Assembly: GCA_016187745.1 (NCBI GenBank)
Contig: JACPJC010000005.1
Coordinates: 1-64,000 of the forward strand
DNA: 64,000 nt
From: Candidatus Iainarchaeum sp.
Lineage (GTDB): Archaea; Iainarchaeota; Iainarchaeia; Iainarchaeales; JAXPJC01
Reading direction: 5' to 3'
A program made the translations under genes and the position numbers. The notes beneath the pieces are model-generated. The model did no database searches, was not told where the DNA came from, and saw only the letters and a program-made list of their open reading frames with translations. This document shows, one piece after another, positions 1 to 8,991 of the stretch; the first letter of the stretch is position 1, and each line of letters begins with the position of its first letter.

Positions 1-316
1 AATGAACTATTCTTCTCAGCCCCTCGCGCTGCGTTTTGCTTTCATGCCTTATTTTTTCAATCTTTTTAGAATCCACATCTATATCATACACTTTTCTGCC
101 GATATCCGCAATCAAATCTCTAAAAAACCTGCCGGCAAGATCCTTGCTTATTATCCCTTGATTAACCTTACTGCTAAGCGTTTGTTCAAGAGAGCGCATC
201 AGGGGATAGCGCCTGATGTCATTCATCAAAGGCATTACAGTATGCCTTGTTTCCCTGGTGTTCATATGCCAGTTAAAAAGACTTGGCCTCAATACAATCG
301 ATTTTTTTCCGGGCAT
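1..316 (-). CDS. Hypothetical orphan protein, runs off the window edge (MPGKKSIVLRPSLFNWHMNTRE...)
   Basis: Manual translation of the minus strand: ATG at 316, open to base 1, co-directional with upstream genes. The + strand ORF 2..322 looks like a shadow. Confidence 0.6.
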   Translation of the reverse strand, partial: MPGKKSIVLRPSLFNWHMNTRETRHTVMPLMNDIRRYPLMRSLEQTLSSKVNQGIISKDLAGRFFRDLIADIGRKVYDIDVDSKKIEKIRHESKTQREGLRRIVH

Positions 317-352
317 ATTTAATTTCCCCGCTCCGCATTTATATTCCTATCC

Positions 353-1210
353 CTAGAATATGCCAAACCCTATGAACAAATCCGGCAGCGCAATTATTAC
401 AATTACCGCGGCAAAAACAAAAGGCGCGAATTTCGGCAAATTCCTGTAAACCGGCAGCTTTGCAATTTTCAGCTTTTTGAGCTTTTCAATCTCCTTTTTC
501 TCGAAAACCCGCTTTCCCCTGAGGTTAAGCGCCCTGCCGAGCCTTTCTTTTTGCTCATTTGACAAAAAATCCCAGGCGACTATCTCATCCTCCTCGAATT
601 TGCCTATTGGAATTTCCTTCAGGAAAAACTCCTTCCTTATGCCCTTCTCAAACGCGATGAAAAGCAGCGCGCAAATAACAACAACCCCAAGCACCGCAAC
701 GAACTGCATCTGCAAAAATTTCAACTGGAACAAAAGCGCGAAATAAAGCGCAAAGAACACTGCAAAAAGCGAGGCGTTGAATATTCCCTGTTTATTAAGC
801 GCAAAATCAATTCCCCTCGCGAAATATTTCGGAACGTAATAGATTGAGAGCGCCGCAATCGCGATTATTGCAGAAACAAAAACAATCAGAAGGATGAAGG
901 GGTAATTGTGATTGGGCAGATAGGGCAGCAATAGCGAAATTCCCACAAACAGCTTCACATCCCCCCCTCCAAGTTTGCCGGTATAGTAAAGAAGATAGCA
1001 CACAGCAAAAACAGCAAGCGCAACCGCGAAGTAATTCATCATACCCGCGATGCCTGCAACAAAGCCGGCATAAACATTAAAAATTATGCCAAGCGCAATC
1101 ATCGGATATGTAAGCTTGTCATAAATCAGCCCTGTGCGCAGATCAGTATAAGAAGCGATTGCTGTTGAGAATAAAACAGCAACTTCGCGCAATAAAAGAA
1201 GGTAAGGCAC
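353..1210 (-). CDS. A24-family prepilin/prearchaellin peptidase
   Basis: SYTD and GGGDVKL aspartate motifs, multiple TM helices, C-terminal PKFAPF motif. Confidence 0.9.
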   Translation of the reverse strand: MPYLLLLREVAVLFSTAIASYTDLRTGLIYDKLTYPMIALGIIFNVYAGFVAGIAGMMNYFAVALAVFAVCYLLYYTGKLGGGDVKLFVGISLLLPYLPNHNYPFILLIVFVSAIIAIAALSIYYVPKYFARGIDFALNKQGIFNASLFAVFFALYFALLFQLKFLQMQFVAVLGVVVICALLFIAFEKGIRKEFFLKEIPIGKFEEDEIVAWDFLSNEQKERLGRALNLRGKRVFEKKEIEKLKKLKIAKLPVYRNLPKFAPFVFAAVIVIIALPDLFIGFGIF

Positions 1211-1669
1211 CTAATGTCTCCTTACATTATTTTTATTTATCATTAGTATCTGTTTGCTTCCAGGGAGTAAGACTTCTTTTGCTTTTTTTGCTATAGCGAC
1301 TTCTGTAAGATACAACCTCCTCTTTTTAGCGAAATTTACAAAAAATTTTTTCTTTTTAGGCAGAGCAATTGCGCGTACTACTGTATATCCCGGATTATCT
1401 GCCAATATTCCATCAATCATCTGCTGGCAGTGTGGCTTCCTAAATTCTAAGTTGAATGGAGAAACGTCTATAGCCTTTTTTCCTTTTAAATCTACAAATT
1501 TATAACATACAATGGCAATTGGTTTATTGTCTTTCAGCCTAACAACAAAACGATCGAAATTTTTTGGGTAAACTCCAGTTTTTCCGCTTTCTTCAAAAAA
1601 CATCTGCGAAACCAACAACTTGTGCGCAGGATTTGACCACTGTATTTTAATATCCTCATATTTGACCAT
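1211..1669 (-). CDS. Basic orphan protein, possibly degenerate GNAT fold
   Basis: Fills the gap between srp54 and the peptidase. FVVRLKDNKPIAIVCY resembles GNAT strands; Lys/Arg-rich C-terminus. Confidence 0.6.
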   Translation of the reverse strand: MVKYEDIKIQWSNPAHKLLVSQMFFEESGKTGVYPKNFDRFVVRLKDNKPIAIVCYKFVDLKGKKAIDVSPFNLEFRKPHCQQMIDGILADNPGYTVVRAIALPKKKKFFVNFAKKRRLYLTEVAIAKKAKEVLLPGSKQILMINKNNVRRH

Positions 1670-1676
1670 TTTTGCA

Positions 1677-3038
1677 TCACCTTATCCTGAATTTCTTCTT
1701 TTTCATTGCAAGCTTTCCGAACAGCTTCTGCATTTTCCCTTTCTGAAGGTCTTCCATACTCTTTATTTCCCCCATGCCCCTGAACTGCTTGAACATCTCC
1801 CTCATGCGCCTGTAATTTTTGAGCAAGTCCCTCACATCCTCCTCCTTCTTTCCCGAGCCCCTTGCAATCCTCAGTATCCTGCTCCTGTCAACAATCTCAG
1901 GATTGCGCTTTTCCTGCCCCGTCATGGAATCCATAATTATTTTGAAATTCTCAAGCTTCTGCTCCGAAGTTTCCAGCATGTCCTTCGGAATCTGCATCCC
2001 CACCCCCAGCATGTCCATTACCTTCCCCAGGGGGCCCATCTTCTTCATCGCCTTCAGCTGCGCATAAAATGTCTCAAGATTGAATTCCTTCTGCATCAAT
2101 TCCTCAGGGCTTATTTCCTCTTCAGAGGAAATTTCCTCTGCTTTCTCAAGCAGCGCCTGCAGGTCCCCATAGCCCATTATCCTTGATAAGTAGCGCGTTG
2201 CATCAAACTCCTCAAAATCATCTGTTTTTTCCCCTGTGCCAATGAAATAAACATTTGAGTCTGTCGCCCTGCACGCAGCTAATGCCCCCCCGCCCTTTGC
2301 GCTCCCATCCATTCTCGTAATTATTATTCCATTAACCCCAACCGCATCATGGAATGCCTTAGCCTGCTTTCCCGCGATCTGCCCCGTATCTGCCCCCAAA
2401 ACAAGCCAGGTCTGGTCAGGCTTCAGAATTGCCGCAACCTCCTTTATTTCCTTTACCAATTCAGAATCCAGTGCGCTCCTTCCCGCGGAATCAACAATTA
2501 TTGCGTCGCATTTTTCCTTTTCCAATTCCTTAAGCCCCTGCCTCACAACCGCTGCAGCGTTTTTTTCCTTCGGATTCCCGTAAAAAGGAATTTTGACCTT
2601 TCCGCTCAGCTGCTGCAATTGCTCAAATGCGGCAGGCCTTGCAGTGTCCGCGCAGATTGCCCCGGTTTTCAGGCCGCGCTTTGAGTAGTATTTTGCAATC
2701 TTGGCCGTAGCAGTCGTTTTTCCATGGCCGAACGTTCCTACAAGGAGAATCCTTTTCGGCTTCTGCGGAATTTCCGCTTTCGCCCCCCCGAGGGCTTCGG
2801 CAAGCAGGTCATAGGTAATTTTTATTATGTGCTGCCTCCTGTCCAATCCTGAAGGCAGTTCCTTAAATGCCTCGGATTCAATTTTTTTGCTCAACTCAAG
2901 GACCAGCTGCACTTCCACATCCCCAGCAATAAGCGCGCGCTGCAAATCCTTTATAACCTCCCCAATCAGCTCCTTGTCTATGAAAGTGGATTTGCGCAGC
3001 CTCTCAAGCGCACCCCGGAGTTTTTCCCCTAAGCCCAT
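1677..3038 (-). CDS. srp54: Signal recognition particle protein SRP54
   Basis: GxxGxGKTT, DTARPAA, DSAGR, GSAKGG motifs and Met-rich M domain (SRILRIARGSG). Start trimmed to MGLGEKL. Confidence 0.97.
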   Translation of the reverse strand: MGLGEKLRGALERLRKSTFIDKELIGEVIKDLQRALIAGDVEVQLVLELSKKIESEAFKELPSGLDRRQHIIKITYDLLAEALGGAKAEIPQKPKRILLVGTFGHGKTTATAKIAKYYSKRGLKTGAICADTARPAAFEQLQQLSGKVKIPFYGNPKEKNAAAVVRQGLKELEKEKCDAIIVDSAGRSALDSELVKEIKEVAAILKPDQTWLVLGADTGQIAGKQAKAFHDAVGVNGIIITRMDGSAKGGGALAACRATDSNVYFIGTGEKTDDFEEFDATRYLSRIMGYGDLQALLEKAEEISSEEEISPEELMQKEFNLETFYAQLKAMKKMGPLGKVMDMLGVGMQIPKDMLETSEQKLENFKIIMDSMTGQEKRNPEIVDRSRILRIARGSGKKEEDVRDLLKNYRRMREMFKQFRGMGEIKSMEDLQKGKMQKLFGKLAMKKKKFRIR

Positions 3039-3163
3039 ATTCCCAAGAAGAATTAAGCACAAAAATAGTTATAAAACATGCCTTATTTTGGAAAAGTCAC
3101 AAATTAATCGTGCAACAATAATTGTACAGAAAGCCTTAAATACTTCCTTTGCAGAAGTAAATC

Positions 3164-3261
3164 AGAGGCGGGTTAATTAGCGTTAGACTGATAGGCTAAT
3201 ATACTCGGGAGCAAAGCACACTCTGCTAAGAGAGTTTTTATTTTGGCTCCCTTCCGCCTCT
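3164..3261 (+). ncRNA. Candidate ~98-nt structured non-coding RNA (three-way junction)
   Basis: Stems AGAGGCGG/CCGCCTCT, ATTAGC/GCTAAT, GGGAGC/GCTCCC and CTCT/AGAG. TTAAATA box at 3136-3142 upstream and T-rich tract downstream. Confidence 0.55.
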
Positions 3262-3313
3262 TTTCCTATTTTTTCTGATTGTTTTATTAACTTCTTCCGG
3301 CAAAAATATAGAT

Positions 3314-4150
3314 ATGCGATTAAGAAAGCCTCTTAAATTAAAAATTCCTAATGAGAGAGTGATATTATCAAGCCGCGGGGCCTGGCGTGTAAGTGATTAC
3401 CACTACAAATATCAAAATACAAACCCGAGAGACCCGAGTTTGCTTAGAAAGCTTGGAATTGCAAAAAGGGACAAAGTGCTTGTTTTTGCAGGATATTTCG
3501 GTCGATGGGCAAAGGCTCTTGCAAATTGCGGGGCGGTTGTGCATTATACAGATATTTCTCAAGGATTTGTAACATATGCTAAAAAAAAGTTTGGGCACAA
3601 TCAGCAATTTTTGAGAGATAAAAATATAGCAAGCTTCAGGGCGAGAAATGCCTTGCTCATTCCCCAGATTAAGAACAAGTATGATTGGAGTTTCTCATTT
3701 GAGCCAATACCTCTGCTCAACATCATATTGCCTTTCACATTGATGAGATCTTTGTTAAACAAAAAAGGGGCGATTGTTGTTTCTTATACCGCAACCAAAA
3801 TCTTTTCTGAAGAAATCAAAAAAATTGCCAAGATTTATAATGCAAAAAGCAGAACTAAGGAAATTTACATTAAATGTTTCAGGTGGCAGGATAAGTCAGT
3901 AAGAAACAGGCTGCATGAGATAAGTATCCTTATAACGAACCCTGCTGCCCAAAAAATGGTTGAAAATGATCTTGCTGTGCTTAGGGCGGCCAGAAGTAAA
4001 GAAAACGTTTCGCTTGAAGAGCTGGCAGAAGACGGGCGCATCAAACAAGCAAAGCTCGGCATTGAGCAAATAAAACAGAGTATAAAAAGACTGAGTGCCA
4101 TTTCACGAGATTTATCTGCAGCATACTCAATTAAGTCAAATATTGCATAA
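3314..4150 (+). CDS. Class I SAM-dependent methyltransferase-like orphan with basic N-terminus
   Basis: VLVFAGYFG (motif I-like), YTDIS, YDWSFS. Confidence 0.65.
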   Translation: MRLRKPLKLKIPNERVILSSRGAWRVSDYHYKYQNTNPRDPSLLRKLGIAKRDKVLVFAGYFGRWAKALANCGAVVHYTDISQGFVTYAKKKFGHNQQFLRDKNIASFRARNALLIPQIKNKYDWSFSFEPIPLLNIILPFTLMRSLLNKKGAIVVSYTATKIFSEEIKKIAKIYNAKSRTKEIYIKCFRWQDKSVRNRLHEISILITNPAAQKMVENDLAVLRAARSKENVSLEELAEDGRIKQAKLGIEQIKQSIKRLSAISRDLSAAYSIKSNIA

Positions 4151-4160
4151 TATTGAGAAT

Positions 4161-5495
4161 TTACACAACAATCCTGTCGATTATATAACTTGGCGCAAAT
4201 TCAATCAAATCCTCATATCCCTGCCCTGTTCCAATGTAGGCAATGGGCTTTTTCATTTTGTGCAGCAATGAGATTGAAGTTCCGCCCTTTGTGTCGGTAT
4301 CAATCTTCGCAAGAACGAATGCGTCAATCCCAACAGCCTTCTCAAATTCCTCAGCCTGCTGCAGCAGCGCCTTTCCCGCAAGCGCCTCCCCCACGAATAT
4401 TTTTAAATCTGGCTTCGCCACGCGCACAATTTTCTTCAGTTCTTCCATCAGATTGCGGTTTGTTTCCTGCCTTCCCGCAGAATCAATCATAACCACATCA
4501 ATCTTGTTTGCATTTGCAGCAGCAATCGCATCAAACGCAACTGCCGCGGGATCCGCGCCATACTTGTGCTTTATCACCCTCACATTCAATTTTTCAGCGT
4601 GCTTCTCAAGCTGCTCTATTGCCGCAGCGCGAAAAGTGTCTGAGGCGGCCCATATTGCTGTTTTTCCCTGCTTCTTCAGCAAATAGGTGAGCTTTGCAAT
4701 GCTTGTTGTTTTTCCCGCGCCATTCAGCCCCAAAAACAATATTACAAACGGCCTTTTGGCTTTTATCCGCTCCGCAAGATTTATTTCCCTCGTCTCCATG
4801 ATTTCCTGCAGTATCGCGCGGATTTCCTTTTTCAAGTAGGAAGTAATATCCTCTTTTTTCCCGAGTTTTCTTCCAACCAAATTCTCCCTTATGCGCCCGG
4901 CAATTGCAGTTGCGGTTTCCTGCTCCACATCGCTTTCTAAAAGAGCAAGCTCAAAATCAGAAAGGAAGGCGCTCACATCTCCTTCGGAAATCTCAATCTC
5001 CTTTGCGAAAATTGATTTCAATTTTGTCCTTAGGCTTATTTTCGCTTCTGGCTTCCTTTCCCCTGCCTTTATAATCTCAATTTTCTTTATTTCGGGAGCA
5101 GGAATTTCAATTTTCACTCCCGCTTCGGGAAATTCAACTTCTGCAATCCGCCTTTCCTCAATTTTCTTCTCTGCTTCCTCAACCTCTTTTTTCTCTTCAA
5201 TGATTTCAGGCTTTTCAATTTGTTCCTTAACTTCCTCAATCTCCCTTCCCTCTTCAATAGTTTCAGGCTCCTCAATTGCGGGCTTTTTTTCCTCCTCTTC
5301 GCGCGCCTCTGCAATGTTTTCCTCAACCCTTTCCCCAATCTCAGTTTCCTTCCTAATCTCCGGCGCCTCGGCTAGGGGTTTTTCCTCAGGCTGCGGCTTT
5401 GGTGCGGCAGCAATAGGCTCTTTAGCCTTTTTTTCTATTGCGCCCTTTATTTTTTCAGTAAAAGAAGAGATTTTTTTCCTGAGCAGGTCAAACAT
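4161..5495 (-). CDS. ftsY: SRP receptor FtsY
   Basis: Acidic N-terminal region, GLNGAGKTT, DTFRAAA, DSAGR, KIDTDTKGG. Confidence 0.97.
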   Translation of the reverse strand: MFDLLRKKISSFTEKIKGAIEKKAKEPIAAAPKPQPEEKPLAEAPEIRKETEIGERVEENIAEAREEEEKKPAIEEPETIEEGREIEEVKEQIEKPEIIEEKKEVEEAEKKIEERRIAEVEFPEAGVKIEIPAPEIKKIEIIKAGERKPEAKISLRTKLKSIFAKEIEISEGDVSAFLSDFELALLESDVEQETATAIAGRIRENLVGRKLGKKEDITSYLKKEIRAILQEIMETREINLAERIKAKRPFVILFLGLNGAGKTTSIAKLTYLLKKQGKTAIWAASDTFRAAAIEQLEKHAEKLNVRVIKHKYGADPAAVAFDAIAAANANKIDVVMIDSAGRQETNRNLMEELKKIVRVAKPDLKIFVGEALAGKALLQQAEEFEKAVGIDAFVLAKIDTDTKGGTSISLLHKMKKPIAYIGTGQGYEDLIEFAPSYIIDRIVV

Positions 5496-5509
5496 TTTTT
5501 GCCCCTAAA

Positions 5510-6004
5510 CTAAAAATCAGCCTTTGACTGCTGCTGCCTTTGCTGCTGTGCTGCCATTATTGCCCTCTCAAGGCTTGATATGTTGCTTGCAATTCCTGCA
5601 GCATCATTCCTCAATGCAATTAAATATTTCTCAGTGTCTTCCCTGCGCTTCCCCAAATCAGCAATTGCCTTTTCAGCGGAAACATCCAGGACAACATTTC
5701 CCGCAAGGCTCATTTTTATTTTCTGCTGCGGGGAAATCCTTGTGTTTATATGCACTCCGGAACCCAAAGGGACAAGAACCTCAGTTTCGCTTTTAAGCTC
5801 CCTGAATTCCTCCAGCGCGCTTATTGCCGCGTTTATTTCAAACAGCGCGTTCTGCACGCTTCTTATCCTTGCGTCAATGTTCTCGAACTTTACCCTTTCG
5901 CTCTGGTACAATGCGGCAATCTGCTCATGCGTAATCTGTATTTCCTGCGGGGCTTCCCGCTCCCCGGCCTTTGGTTCTTCCTTGCCCTTCTTTTCTTTTG
6001 CCAT
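5510..6004 (-). CDS. pfdA: Prefoldin alpha subunit
   Basis: EVLVPLGSGV hairpin between coiled coils; conserved position next to ftsY. Confidence 0.9.
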   Translation of the reverse strand: MAKEKKGKEEPKAGEREAPQEIQITHEQIAALYQSERVKFENIDARIRSVQNALFEINAAISALEEFRELKSETEVLVPLGSGVHINTRISPQQKIKMSLAGNVVLDVSAEKAIADLGKRREDTEKYLIALRNDAAGIASNISSLERAIMAAQQQRQQQSKADF

Positions 6005-6006
6005 TT

Positions 6007-6198
6007 TTATCCCTTCTTCTCCCTGCATTCCTCAATAGTTATGTTGTTCCTTCTGAGCTTGTGCTTTGAGCCCATAAGCGAGTAAAGGAGTTCTTTTGCG
6101 CGCGCCTCGTTCAGCGCGGAGATGCTTTTTGTGAATTTTTTCTCCGCCCCGCCTTCGGAGTATTTCCCGCTAAATTCATATTTTTTTTCTTCAGACAT
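6007..6198 (-). CDS. rplX: 50S ribosomal protein L18Ae/LX
   Basis: YSLMGSKHKLRRNNITI motif; synteny. Confidence 0.92.
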   Translation of the reverse strand: MSEEKKYEFSGKYSEGGAEKKFTKSISALNEARAKELLYSLMGSKHKLRRNNITIEECREKKG

Positions 6199-6215
6199 TT
6201 TTTAACCTTCCTTGC

Positions 6216-6881
6216 TCATCTTCCGCTTAATCCCTCGTCAATCCTCATGAGCTCGTGCCCGGAGGTGTAAGCGCCTACAACCGCAGCATTTGAATTTGCG
6301 AGAATGCTGTTCCTTATGAAAGGGTCTCCGAAATTTGCAGTGCTCGCCGCCCCGCTTTTAACCCCAAATTTCTCTATAAGCATCTTGAACTCCCTGCTTG
6401 CAATATTAGGATGAACAACAAAGCCTTTATTTGTTACTGCCAGGCAGCTTCCGGGGATGTCAGTTCCTGCAACCCTGCCTATGCTTTCCTCAACCTCCAG
6501 AAACTTCCCTATTTCCCTTGCTGTTGTTGAATCAACCATCGGCGAAACCAATGCAAATCTGTCATTTGCGGCAACAAGGTTCCCAAGCGCGGTATAGCCC
6601 CTGATCTTTTTCACCTTAATGCCAAGCCCTTCAAGATGCCTCATTTCAGAATCCTCCGCAATTTCCGGGAGAAGAAGCCCGTTGGAATTTCCCGCAACAA
6701 ACACCCCTATCAGTGAGCTGCTTGCGATTGTTGTTTCTGTTGCTTTTACTTCCAGCGTTTTTTCAATGATGTCAATTTCCTTTTTTGGCGTTCCCTTTGG
6801 TATGAGCGCAATTTCATCATTGGCAAAGCTGAAAACTCCAATATAGGGGCTGCCCTTTATTGTGCAGAATTCAATGTTCAT
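6216..6881 (-). CDS. eif6: Translation initiation factor aIF6
   Basis: IGVF, GNSNG, GNLVAAND and GFVVHP pentein repeats. Confidence 0.95.
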   Translation of the reverse strand: MNIEFCTIKGSPYIGVFSFANDEIALIPKGTPKKEIDIIEKTLEVKATETTIASSSLIGVFVAGNSNGLLLPEIAEDSEMRHLEGLGIKVKKIRGYTALGNLVAANDRFALVSPMVDSTTAREIGKFLEVEESIGRVAGTDIPGSCLAVTNKGFVVHPNIASREFKMLIEKFGVKSGAASTANFGDPFIRNSILANSNAAVVGAYTSGHELMRIDEGLSGR

Positions 6882-6896
6882 GGTAAGTCCTTTAGC

Positions 6897-7313
6897 TTAG
6901 CCCTTTTTGATTGCCGCCTTCTCTGCAGCGGATTCCATCAGCCTTTTTTCCTCTACTTTCTTCTTTGCCTCTTCCTCTGCCTTGATTTCTTCCGGAGTTT
7001 TGGGCTTTTCCCTGCGCTTTTTCTCCTCGGGCTTTTTCTCAGCCTTCTCCAGTTCCTTGCTGCCCTCCATGTGCACAAAGATTTTATTTTCCTTCCTGCG
7101 CAGAACCACGCTCAGCTTCCTGCTTGGGGAGTCCCCGCCCTTGTATACTGCCTCATTAACGCTGTTCCCGATTACAACATTATCTGCTTTAACACGGCAG
7201 TGCTTGTCAACAAATTCCTTAACTATCCTTATTGCCTTTTTCAGGCGCCTTGGCTTCGGCTGGTTGAAGCATTCGCGCAAATTAATCAGATATTCGGCTT
7301 CGTTCCCCTTCAT
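6897..7313 (-). CDS. rpl31e: 50S ribosomal protein L31e with charged C-terminal extension
   Basis: YLINLR...KKAIRIVKEFVDKH...VNEAVY; synteny. Confidence 0.9.
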   Translation of the reverse strand: MKGNEAEYLINLRECFNQPKPRRLKKAIRIVKEFVDKHCRVKADNVVIGNSVNEAVYKGGDSPSRKLSVVLRRKENKIFVHMEGSKELEKAEKKPEEKKRREKPKTPEEIKAEEEAKKKVEEKRLMESAAEKAAIKKG

Positions 7314-7322
7314 GATATCCCT

Positions 7323-7565
7323 CTATTTTATTCTCCTAATAACCCTTGGCATTCTCCTCGGGGCCTTTTGCTCTTTGTACATTTGTTCAAAAAAACCAAT
7401 GGCCGCCTTTGATTTGTTTGGAATTGGCTTATTGAGCTTCTTTGAAAGCAGTCCGATTCTTTTAATTATGCTCTTCTGCGTATTTAATGGCTCAACCATA
7501 AATCTTGCAGTATTTTTAATTTGCTCACAAAGTGCCCCAAATTCCCTGCTTGGATTGCCTTCCAT
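7323..7565 (-). CDS. Basic orphan inserted between rpl39e and rpl31e
   Basis: 80-aa ORF exactly filling the gap; C-terminus RRMPRVIRRIK. Confidence 0.6.
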   Translation of the reverse strand: MEGNPSREFGALCEQIKNTARFMVEPLNTQKSIIKRIGLLSKKLNKPIPNKSKAAIGFFEQMYKEQKAPRRMPRVIRRIK

Positions 7566-7569
7566 TCTC

Positions 7570-7785
7570 TTACCTCTTTCTCCTCGTTCCCGACTTGTGC
7601 TTCTGCCTTTTCCTGAATTTTGTGCCGAACTCAGTCCTTCTCCAGTGCCTTTTTGCGGACTTGTTCCATATTCTCCTTCCGGCCTTCTGCAGCACCCATA
7701 CGGGCGCAGAAGTTACGCCCGGGCTTACCCTCTTTCTTATAGAAACCAAAAAATCCTTAAGCTCCTTTTTCTTGTTTCTTCCCAT
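7570..7785 (-). CDS. rpl39e: 50S ribosomal protein L39e
   Basis: APVWV...KRHWRR signature. Confidence 0.92.
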   Translation of the reverse strand: MGRNKKKELKDFLVSIRKRVSPGVTSAPVWVLQKAGRRIWNKSAKRHWRRTEFGTKFRKRQKHKSGTRRKR

Positions 7786-7805
7786 TTTTTACCACTTTTG
7801 TTTTA

Positions 7806-7822
7806 AAGGGCATTATGCCCTT
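7806..7822. promoter_or_regulatory. 17-bp palindrome AAGGGCATTATGCCCTT
   Basis: Perfect inverted repeat; near-identical copy at 8821-8837. Confidence 0.5.
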
Positions 7823-7823
7823 A

Positions 7824-8177
7824 TTACCACTTTTTCCCTTTCTTCACAATCCTTATTTCCCTTTTTGCCCCTGAAAGCCTTTCAAGAACCCTTTTCATCT
7901 GGTAATCGTTAAGTTTTTCTTTTCCGCCGGAGCGCTGCGCAAGATACATTGCGGATTGCACGGCCCTGAAATACAATTCCTTGTTTACAAGCCTTACATT
8001 TGCGAGCCTTGTTTTTGCTTCCGGTTCCAGCAATTTGCGCATTATTGCATCAAGCTGCGCCTCCTGCTGCTGTTCGGCGAACTCAGCCTGCTGCTCATTC
8101 GCTTCCTGCTCCGCAAATTTCTGCTTCAATTCCTCCATTTTCCTTTTTTTGAGCTCTTCAATGTCAAGTTCTTCCAT
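7824..8177 (-). CDS. PDCD5/TFAR19-family DNA-binding protein
   Basis: LEPEAKTRLANVRLV motif; conserved neighbour of rps19e. Confidence 0.93.
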   Translation of the reverse strand: MEELDIEELKKRKMEELKQKFAEQEANEQQAEFAEQQQEAQLDAIMRKLLEPEAKTRLANVRLVNKELYFRAVQSAMYLAQRSGGKEKLNDYQMKRVLERLSGAKREIRIVKKGKKW

Positions 8178-8192
8178 ATGCTCTCACAAAAG

Positions 8193-8774
8193 CTATTTCT
8201 TCTGCTTCCCGCCCTTTACCCCTGAAATTATCTCATCAACGCTCAGTTCCTTTGCAGTGCGCTTCTTTTTCAGCTGTTTCTTCTCAGTTTTCGCTTCCGC
8301 GGCCTTCAGCTCTGGCAGCTTCACTTCCGCGCGCTTCTCAAGTATGTGCTGCTCCGCCATGTTCTTATTTACCTTCTCCGCGGCCTGGCCGAGGTATTTT
8401 GCGCCTGAAGGGCTAACGCTCCTTCCGAATTTCTCGCGCTTCAACAAGCCTTCCTTCTCAAGCGCCTGCAGGCAGGTCCTTATGACCTTCCCTGAGGCCT
8501 TCCTGAAATGATGCGGAGCAACCTTGAATGATTTCCTTCCCCCGTAATAGCTCCTCAATCTTTCAGTTCCACAAGATCCGTCAATATACATCCTGCGCAG
8601 TATGGAAGCGCATCTCACATACCACCAGTCCTTCCTCTGGGGCGCGCGCTCCCTGTGTGATCCTGACTTCGCATAAAGCACAAATCCCGGCTCCGCCAAT
8701 TTTTTTGCCTCGCGCAAGTCCTTCGCGATTTCCTCAATCAGCAAATCCGCCGGAACATCAAATACAGTCGCCAT
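8193..8774 (-). CDS. rps19e: 30S ribosomal protein S19e
   Basis: KSGSHRERAP, WWYVRCASILR, YGG, SGKVIR. Confidence 0.97.
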   Translation of the reverse strand: MATVFDVPADLLIEEIAKDLREAKKLAEPGFVLYAKSGSHRERAPQRKDWWYVRCASILRRMYIDGSCGTERLRSYYGGRKSFKVAPHHFRKASGKVIRTCLQALEKEGLLKREKFGRSVSPSGAKYLGQAAEKVNKNMAEQHILEKRAEVKLPELKAAEAKTEKKQLKKKRTAKELSVDEIISGVKGGKQKK

Positions 8775-8820
8775 ATTTTCACAATTTCAAACTTTAATTA
8801 CATTCCAACTTGGGGTTTAT

Positions 8821-8837
8821 AAGGGCATCATGCCCTT
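8821..8837. promoter_or_regulatory. 17-bp palindrome AAGGGCATCATGCCCTT abutting the rps19e TATA-like box
   Basis: Perfect inverted repeat overlapping minus-strand TTATAAA (8822-8816). Confidence 0.5.
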
Positions 8838-8840
8838 ATT

Positions 8841-8909
8841 GCTGGAACCACAAGCACTGAAATCATTTCCCCTTGCGGGGCCGCGCAGTGCGCACGCCTG
8901 TTCTTCAGC
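8841..8909 (-). ncRNA. Candidate hairpin sRNA with GNRA tetraloop
   Basis: GC-rich island in AT-rich intergenic DNA: GCTG/CAGC, GCACTG/CAGTGC and CCCC-GCAA-GGGG. TATA-like tract at 8941-8949 upstream. Confidence 0.4.
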
Positions 8910-8991
8910 TCTAATTTCAATAAAAATCAAAATTAGGCCTTATATAATAATAAAAGTGAAAAATAAGGTTTTTAAAGGGGGGTGTTAAGGT

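Noticed and set aside
2-322. Plus-strand 106-aa ORF
   Set aside because: Antisense shadow of a more protein-like minus-strand ORF starting at 316.
3246-3260. Minus-strand GGCGGAAGGGAGC resembling SRP RNA helix 8
   Set aside because: The required 5' partner strand (CAGG-CCC) is absent and promoter/terminator signals point to the + strand, so it was not called SRP RNA.
6907-7806. 299-aa plus-strand ORF and the many similar Ser/Phe-rich antisense ORFs in the track
   Set aside because: Shadows of Glu/Lys-rich real genes on the opposite strand.
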